Below are positions 59,216-64,000 of a stretch of DNA of 64,000 bases, piece after piece. Numbering within the stretch: position 1 is the first letter of the stretch; every line of letters begins with the position of its first letter. The stretch comes from a virus. Taxonomy: Duplodnaviria > Caudoviricetes. Position numbers and translations under genes: made by a program. The notes beneath the pieces are model-generated. The model ran no database searches. It worked only from the letters and a program-made list of their open reading frames with translations, and was not told the DNA's origin. The stretch is from IMG/VR virus record IMGVR_UViG_3300011008_002712. One strand, 5' to 3'.

Positions 59216-59701
59216 TCAGATCCAAATAGAATCAAAATAATCTACAAATAGTTGCAATCCTAAATTTCTTGCTTGAAGTTCATCGCTCGTCATAATTTCA
59301 GAACTATGAGCTGCTAATTGAAACGCATATATCATTTTATCTATTATGTCATTCCAGCATTCTAACGCTTTTTCACTATCATTATATTTCATGTGGATTG
59401 ACTGAGGAATAGAATATGATTTCTTTTTAAATCTTATCAGAGTTTCAGCTATTATACTCGCAATTACATCATTAGTATTCCATTCTATGTCTGAAATGTC
59501 TTTTATACAATGATAATCTTCTTTGTCTCCGGTAAGAAATCTAATTACAGCAAGCATTTTTTGTTTTTCTTCTCTGTTTTTTCTTTTGCAAAGATGTAAT
59601 CTTTTTTTTAGATTTTCATTTTGTTTTTTCAATTCATCATTTTCTATTTTCAATTTATTCATTAAAATCACCCATTTTATTTTAAAACAAAAGAGAGACA
59701 T
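59216..59701 (-). CDS. Hypothetical phage protein
   Basis: WN....IA..L..FK, W..I.DKMI.AF, GL.LF..YF..IW pattern. Confidence 0.7.
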   Translation of the reverse strand: MSLFCFKIKWVILMNKLKIENDELKKQNENLKKRLHLCKRKNREEKQKMLAVIRFLTGDKEDYHCIKDISDIEWNTNDVIASIIAETLIRFKKKSYSIPQSIHMKYNDSEKALECWNDIIDKMIYAFQLAAHSSEIMTSDELQARNLGLQLFVDYFDSIWI

Positions 59702-59704
59702 AAA

Positions 59705-60007
59705 TTAGTCTCTCTGATTATTTTCTCCGTGTTCAATTTTTTCTTTCAAAGAAGAAGATACTACTAATTTAAGAGCGCGTTTTGGAGGAATAACAAGTCT
59801 TTCATGTGTCGCTGGATTTCTTCCAGATCTAGCTGCCCTTTGGACTGTTTTGAATGTTCCAAACTTAGTATGATTATAGCTATCGCCTTCAATAAGACAT
59901 TCCGCCAATGTATCAAATAACGCATCTACACATAATTCTACTCTTCCTTGAGTAAGTTCTCCATTCAATTTTGAATGAATTCGTTTTATCAATTCGGGTT
60001 TTTTCAT
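59705..60007 (-). CDS. hup: HU family DNA-binding protein
   Basis: MKKPELI, FGTF..V.RAARSGRNPAT. Confidence 0.9.
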   Translation of the reverse strand: MKKPELIKRIHSKLNGELTQGRVELCVDALFDTLAECLIEGDSYNHTKFGTFKTVQRAARSGRNPATHERLVIPPKRALKLVVSSSLKEKIEHGENNQRD

Positions 60008-60111
60008 TCATTCACCTTCAATCTTTCTGATGAAATGATACCGCAAATTTATCATACAATTAAAAAATAAATAAAAAATCTTGATTTATTACAAAGATAA
60101 TGGTTCTATGA

Positions 60112-60142
60112 AAAAAAGAGCGGAGAATTCTCCGCTCTTTTT
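60112..60142 (-). terminator. Intrinsic terminator
   Basis: AAAAAGAGCGGAGAATTCTCCGCTCTTTTT palindrome. Confidence 0.75.
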
Positions 60143-60921
60143 CATTTATTCGAATAACGATCTACATTTTTTACAGATTCACTAACAACATCATTAAAAT
60201 CATCTAAATTCAAAACAGCTGATTTATGCACTCTTCTATTCAGCCAGTTCGTTTGACACTTAGCAATCATTTGCTTTTGTACATGTTTTGCAAGAATCAA
60301 ATTTTGAGTAACATAAATTTCATCAATATAATTTTCCGGATTCTGCGCTCTTATTATATAAGTATTTTTATCCTGATACAATGTGACAATAATTGTTGTA
60401 TAATCAAATACTCTTTTTTCTTGTTCTATGATATCCAAACCAGCCAAATCTTCAATCTTATAGCTTCCAATTGGCTTAATATATGCTCTTTCAAAGTGCT
60501 GCCTCTTAATTTCTTCTTCTATCATGGCTAATGATGCAAGCGGAATAGAATTAAAATTATCTCTGTATTGATTGAACAACGCTTCATCTGCAAGAGGATA
60601 ACGAGTCCTCAAATCTCTTAATTTGCTAAGTGCAGCGTAAACAATTTCATCATGCTTTTGTTTGATCTGTTCGTTGTATTTTTTTTCTTCATCTGCTCTT
60701 TTCAGCTCTTCTCTTAGATTTTCTTGTTCTTGATATCTTTGATAAGTTCCATCACTTTTCAATTCATTTTTCAAAATCAAATGATTAAGAATATAACTCA
60801 TAATCCCGTATCCAGCTTTTCCCAAGCAAATACCGGTATTATATGTAAGTTTTCCAATTATGTATATCATTGCTATTGCCATCATCAAAACGCCAATAGC
60901 AATTAACATCAAACTCAACAT
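60142..60921 (-). CDS. Membrane-anchored hypothetical protein
   Basis: N-terminal hydrophobic helix, coiled segment. Confidence 0.7.
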   Translation of the reverse strand: MLSLMLIAIGVLMMAIAMIYIIGKLTYNTGICLGKAGYGIMSYILNHLILKNELKSDGTYQRYQEQENLREELKRADEEKKYNEQIKQKHDEIVYAALSKLRDLRTRYPLADEALFNQYRDNFNSIPLASLAMIEEEIKRQHFERAYIKPIGSYKIEDLAGLDIIEQEKRVFDYTTIIVTLYQDKNTYIIRAQNPENYIDEIYVTQNLILAKHVQKQMIAKCQTNWLNRRVHKSAVLNLDDFNDVVSESVKNVDRYSNK

Positions 60922-60967
60922 AACTATTCACCCTTTCAAATCCTGTTATATCCTTTATCTTGATTAA

Positions 60968-60999
60968 ATTATACCACAAGATTTCATAGATGTAAATAG
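60968..60999 (-). promoter_or_regulatory. SigA-type promoter, CTA-extended class
   Basis: CTA-TTTACA-N17-TATAAT with TG. Confidence 0.75.
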
Positions 61000-61016
61000 T
61001 TTTATGCAAAAAAAAT

Positions 61017-61640
61017 TTATTTTTCTAATAAAATTTTCCTATTATTTATCTTTTTTACAACTTCTTCATAAATATTCTGAAGTTGTATAGCTGATTTGTT
61101 TTCAAAATTATCATCTAACCATTTATATAATTCTTGTAAATAATCAAATTCTCTATCAAATAAATGAGGATAATCTTCTCTTACTTCAAACAAATATCTT
61201 CTGCAATAAGAAGAACATCTTATATTTAATTCATTTATAGACATAATATTTACAGATGAATTATTTTGAAGAAATTGCAGCTGTTGTTTTATATCCATCA
61301 ATCTTTCATCTTCACCAAATGCAACTCCATATTTTTTTTCAAAAAATTCAAATGTTTCATCATACGTATCGTGATTTTCTATTATATGCACAAAATTTAC
61401 TATATTGCCAGCAGCAGAACATCCGAAACAATAATACGTAAGATGATCTTGTTCTTCTTTTTTAGAATTTATAAATCCTTTTGGATATACAGTAAAAGAA
61501 GGTGTCCTTTCATTATGGAAAGGACATCTGCAACGATACAAATCGTTTATTTGTTTTAATTTTATATATGATTTCATTATATCCAAATCATTTACATGAG
61601 TAGCGATATAATGAATTTTACTTTTAGTCTCCTGATTCAT
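61017..61640 (-). CDS. Stand-alone DnaG-type CHC2 zinc-finger protein
   Basis: CPFHNERTPSF..YYCFGC..GN; no TOPRIM domain; TAATG coupling to helicase. Confidence 0.85.
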   Translation of the reverse strand: MNQETKSKIHYIATHVNDLDIMKSYIKLKQINDLYRCRCPFHNERTPSFTVYPKGFINSKKEEQDHLTYYCFGCSAAGNIVNFVHIIENHDTYDETFEFFEKKYGVAFGEDERLMDIKQQLQFLQNNSSVNIMSINELNIRCSSYCRRYLFEVREDYPHLFDREFDYLQELYKWLDDNFENKSAIQLQNIYEEVVKKINNRKILLEK

Positions 61641-62986
61641 TATGCACTCCTCTCTAATGCCTCTTCCCAACTATCTTGAGACATTTCTATAATATTCATT
61701 TTATCATATTGTTTTTCGAAATGGAATTCAAATGGTTCACCGTCTCTTGTCTTAAATGATTCAATAATTCCATTTTCATCACTTATGGAACGAATTGCAA
61801 TTCCCCAATCTATATGATCTGATATTTGATCTGATTCTGCAACATGTTCTGTGCCAGCATGCCCATTTTTGCCTTGAGTCTCAGTTTTACCGGCTCTTGT
61901 CATTTGAGCAGCAGATATTACTATTTTATTTTTACTTCTTGCAATATGTTTCAAATCTAATGCTATCGAACCAAGATTATCTCTTTTAACATCAGTTTTT
62001 ATATTTGGTTCCATAATTTGAGCATAATCAACAACAATGCAATCAAATTTAATGCCTAACTTTTGTTCAACTTCTTCCGTTTTTGTTTCTATATATGCTG
62101 GTGTACACTTACCAGGAACATCAACTACATAAAATTTACCTACTTGTTTTCCATTTGGAGATAGATTTTTTTCAAGATTTTCCAAATAATGAAAATATTT
62201 AGCTTCATCTGATTCGTTTAGCGTACCAAGTTTTAATCCTTTACTTGGAACTAACGCTGCTCTAGAATCAAATCTTCTCATATAATCTTTACGCGAAATT
62301 TCTAACGAATATAAGATAACATTCTTATTTTGTCTCCACATGTGATAGGCAAAATTCAGCATCAAAACAGACTTGCCATCACCTTTTCGTCCAATTACAT
62401 AAATAAGTTCTCCAAAAGCAAATCCTCCATTTGCATCATCTATAGCTTTAAATCCAGATTTAATAAGATTTAACATTTCTGGATTTGTTTTGATTTTAAT
62501 ATAATCATTTTTCCTATCTAATGCATCTTCGTCAGCAGCGCCTTGTTGTACAGAATTTTGCCCTAATACATTTAATCTAGAAGCTTTTTGATTAATATTA
62601 TTTAAAATTGAGTTTATTTCACTAACATCGTTTATTTTTATTTCATTTGTTACTTCACTTAACAAATCAATAACTTGATTCTTTTTATAATTATTGAGAA
62701 CTTTTTTTACTAAATAATCATATGCTAAAATCGGATCGCTAACATTTTTTGTCATATTACTTTGAGTTAGCTCATAAACCATTGGTCTTGGCAAATCTAT
62801 AATATGCTCATTTAACGCTCCTTTTATTTGGCTATACGCTTCTTTTAATGTCGTAAAAATTTCTTTTGAACGAGGCAAATTAAAATATTTTGTTTCTAAT
62901 TCTGTCATTGCCATTGGCAAAACTTTTTGATTCTGCCAAATAAATGCAAGAAGTTGTTGTTCATTTTTATCACTTTCTTGTTGCAC
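61640..62986 (-). CDS. dnaB: DnaB-like replicative helicase
   Basis: SGF..ID, GRKGDGKS, YSLE, VVDYAQ, LK.IA, AAQMTR, ESDQI. Confidence 0.9.
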   Translation of the reverse strand: MQQESDKNEQQLLAFIWQNQKVLPMAMTELETKYFNLPRSKEIFTTLKEAYSQIKGALNEHIIDLPRPMVYELTQSNMTKNVSDPILAYDYLVKKVLNNYKKNQVIDLLSEVTNEIKINDVSEINSILNNINQKASRLNVLGQNSVQQGAADEDALDRKNDYIKIKTNPEMLNLIKSGFKAIDDANGGFAFGELIYVIGRKGDGKSVLMLNFAYHMWRQNKNVILYSLEISRKDYMRRFDSRAALVPSKGLKLGTLNESDEAKYFHYLENLEKNLSPNGKQVGKFYVVDVPGKCTPAYIETKTEEVEQKLGIKFDCIVVDYAQIMEPNIKTDVKRDNLGSIALDLKHIARSKNKIVISAAQMTRAGKTETQGKNGHAGTEHVAESDQISDHIDWGIAIRSISDENGIIESFKTRDGEPFEFHFEKQYDKMNIIEMSQDSWEEALERSA

Positions 62987-62999
62987 TCGTTACCCTCCC

Positions 63000-63758
63000 T
63001 TAGAACTTAAACGACTTTATGTTAATATCTTCTGTCGCATCTATTACTTTATTCGTTTTTATAAAATTTGATATTTCTTTCCCATACATTGACTCCATTG
63101 CTTTTGTATCTAAAGTTGAAATCAAAACAATTAATTTACAGTCATTATCTCTTTTTCTAATTATATTTTCTAAAAAACGTTGTGAAAATTTATTGTCATT
63201 TCGACCAAATTCGCCACCAACATTATCTATGAATAATACATCACTTTTATACAACATGTAATTTAACTGTGCAGATTTTTCGCTATCAAAACTCATTTTA
63301 ATGATATCGGAAAACAAAGAATATGAAACATCAAACATTTTGTTTTTTACATCTGGATTTTTTAATTTAGATATATGTTTAATCAAAAATGAATTAATCT
63401 TAGACGTATTATAACTCAATCCACATATAAACAAATGATTTAATTCTTGATAATTTTGTTGAAAATTTTCAGCATATTCTTTTAAATCATTTGCGAATTT
63501 ACCTAATTTCAGCAACTTTGATTCATTTTCAGAAACAAGATATTTTTTTGGTATACCACAATCTAATAATTGAACATATCTTTTGACTTTTTTTAGACAA
63601 TCGCATGTATTTGAAATTTCATATCCGTCATTATCTTGTACAACAAATCCTCTTCCATTGCATTTTTCACATGTCGATACATATCTTTGTTTAAAGAATT
63701 GTTCGTTTGTTTTTATTTCTTCACTTGACAAAAACATTATACAAAACTCCTTAATCAA
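63000..63758 (-). CDS. DnaC/DnaI-like helicase loader with degenerate Walker A
   Basis: C..C..G..CDC zinc motif, GIPKKY, LFICG (no GKT), DVLFIDNVG.E. Confidence 0.7.
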   Translation of the reverse strand: MIKEFCIMFLSSEEIKTNEQFFKQRYVSTCEKCNGRGFVVQDNDGYEISNTCDCLKKVKRYVQLLDCGIPKKYLVSENESKLLKLGKFANDLKEYAENFQQNYQELNHLFICGLSYNTSKINSFLIKHISKLKNPDVKNKMFDVSYSLFSDIIKMSFDSEKSAQLNYMLYKSDVLFIDNVGGEFGRNDNKFSQRFLENIIRKRDNDCKLIVLISTLDTKAMESMYGKEISNFIKTNKVIDATEDINIKSFKF

Positions 63759-63978
63759 TTAATTGATATGCTTTAGCCCATTTTTTATATATCTCATATT
63801 CGTTTTTAATTTTTTCAAGAATTTCATCATCATTTTTATGAACATCGAATAACGTTTGAAATCTTGATTGACGATCATTATGTTCAGAAATAAATTTAAT
63901 TAATTCTTTATCTGGTACCATCTGAATTTTATACAAAAATTCAGAATAATTATAATTTTTGTCAAAATCATTTGACAT
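63751..63978 (-). CDS. Hypothetical protein
   Basis: 75-aa ORF. Confidence 0.55.
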   Translation of the reverse strand: MSNDFDKNYNYSEFLYKIQMVPDKELIKFISEHNDRQSRFQTLFDVHKNDDEILEKIKNEYEIYKKWAKAYQLID

Positions 63979-64000
63979 TATTTTTTCTTTTATCTTCTTA

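Noticed and set aside
1-64000. Many short opposite-strand ORFs in the track (e.g. 444..677, 2643..2978, 15165..15446, 34489..34920, 57185..57523)
   Set aside because: They lie antisense to well-supported genes, have no recognisable motifs, and show Phe/Ser/Leu-rich shadow composition
1-64000. CRISPR array, tRNA or rRNA genes
   Set aside because: No regularly spaced repeats or cloverleaf/T-loop signatures seen by eye; intergenic gaps are short. tRNAscan-SE and Infernal would be needed to exclude small RNAs
1-64000. Stop-codon reassignment as in some large phages
   Set aside because: Conserved genes are full length in the standard code and end at TAA, TAG and TGA

Overview
AT-rich 64 kb segment of a large (jumbo-type) tailed phage genome, mostly minus-strand, covering replication, recombination and nucleotide metabolism: ThyA, SSB, SbcCD, RuvC, DnaE, RecJ, ClpX, type IIA topoisomerase A/B, NAD ligase, HU, DnaB helicase and a sigma factor. 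The host is inferred to be a flagellated Bacillota, possibly Negativicutes. Four main observations. (1) The DNA polymerase III alpha gene is split by a naturally split intein at GPGRG|SGAGS, and its two halves lie 13.7 kb and about 18 genes apart, with related endonuclease genes at both edges of the gap. (2) A T4-like cytosine hypermodification cluster: a dCMP-type thymidylate synthase paralog, a T4 alpha-glucosyltransferase homolog, a dNMP kinase and a dCMP deaminase. (3) A free-standing, extein-less, splice-dead intein with an intact HNH domain, lying inside an array of five copies of an unknown ~130-aa module. (4) Host-like accessory genes: FliS flagellin chaperone, TelA, OFA-type MFS transporter, PARG-like macrodomain, endonuclease IV. 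No tRNA, rRNA or CRISPR array was recognised. All family calls come from motif recognition by eye; no database search was run.
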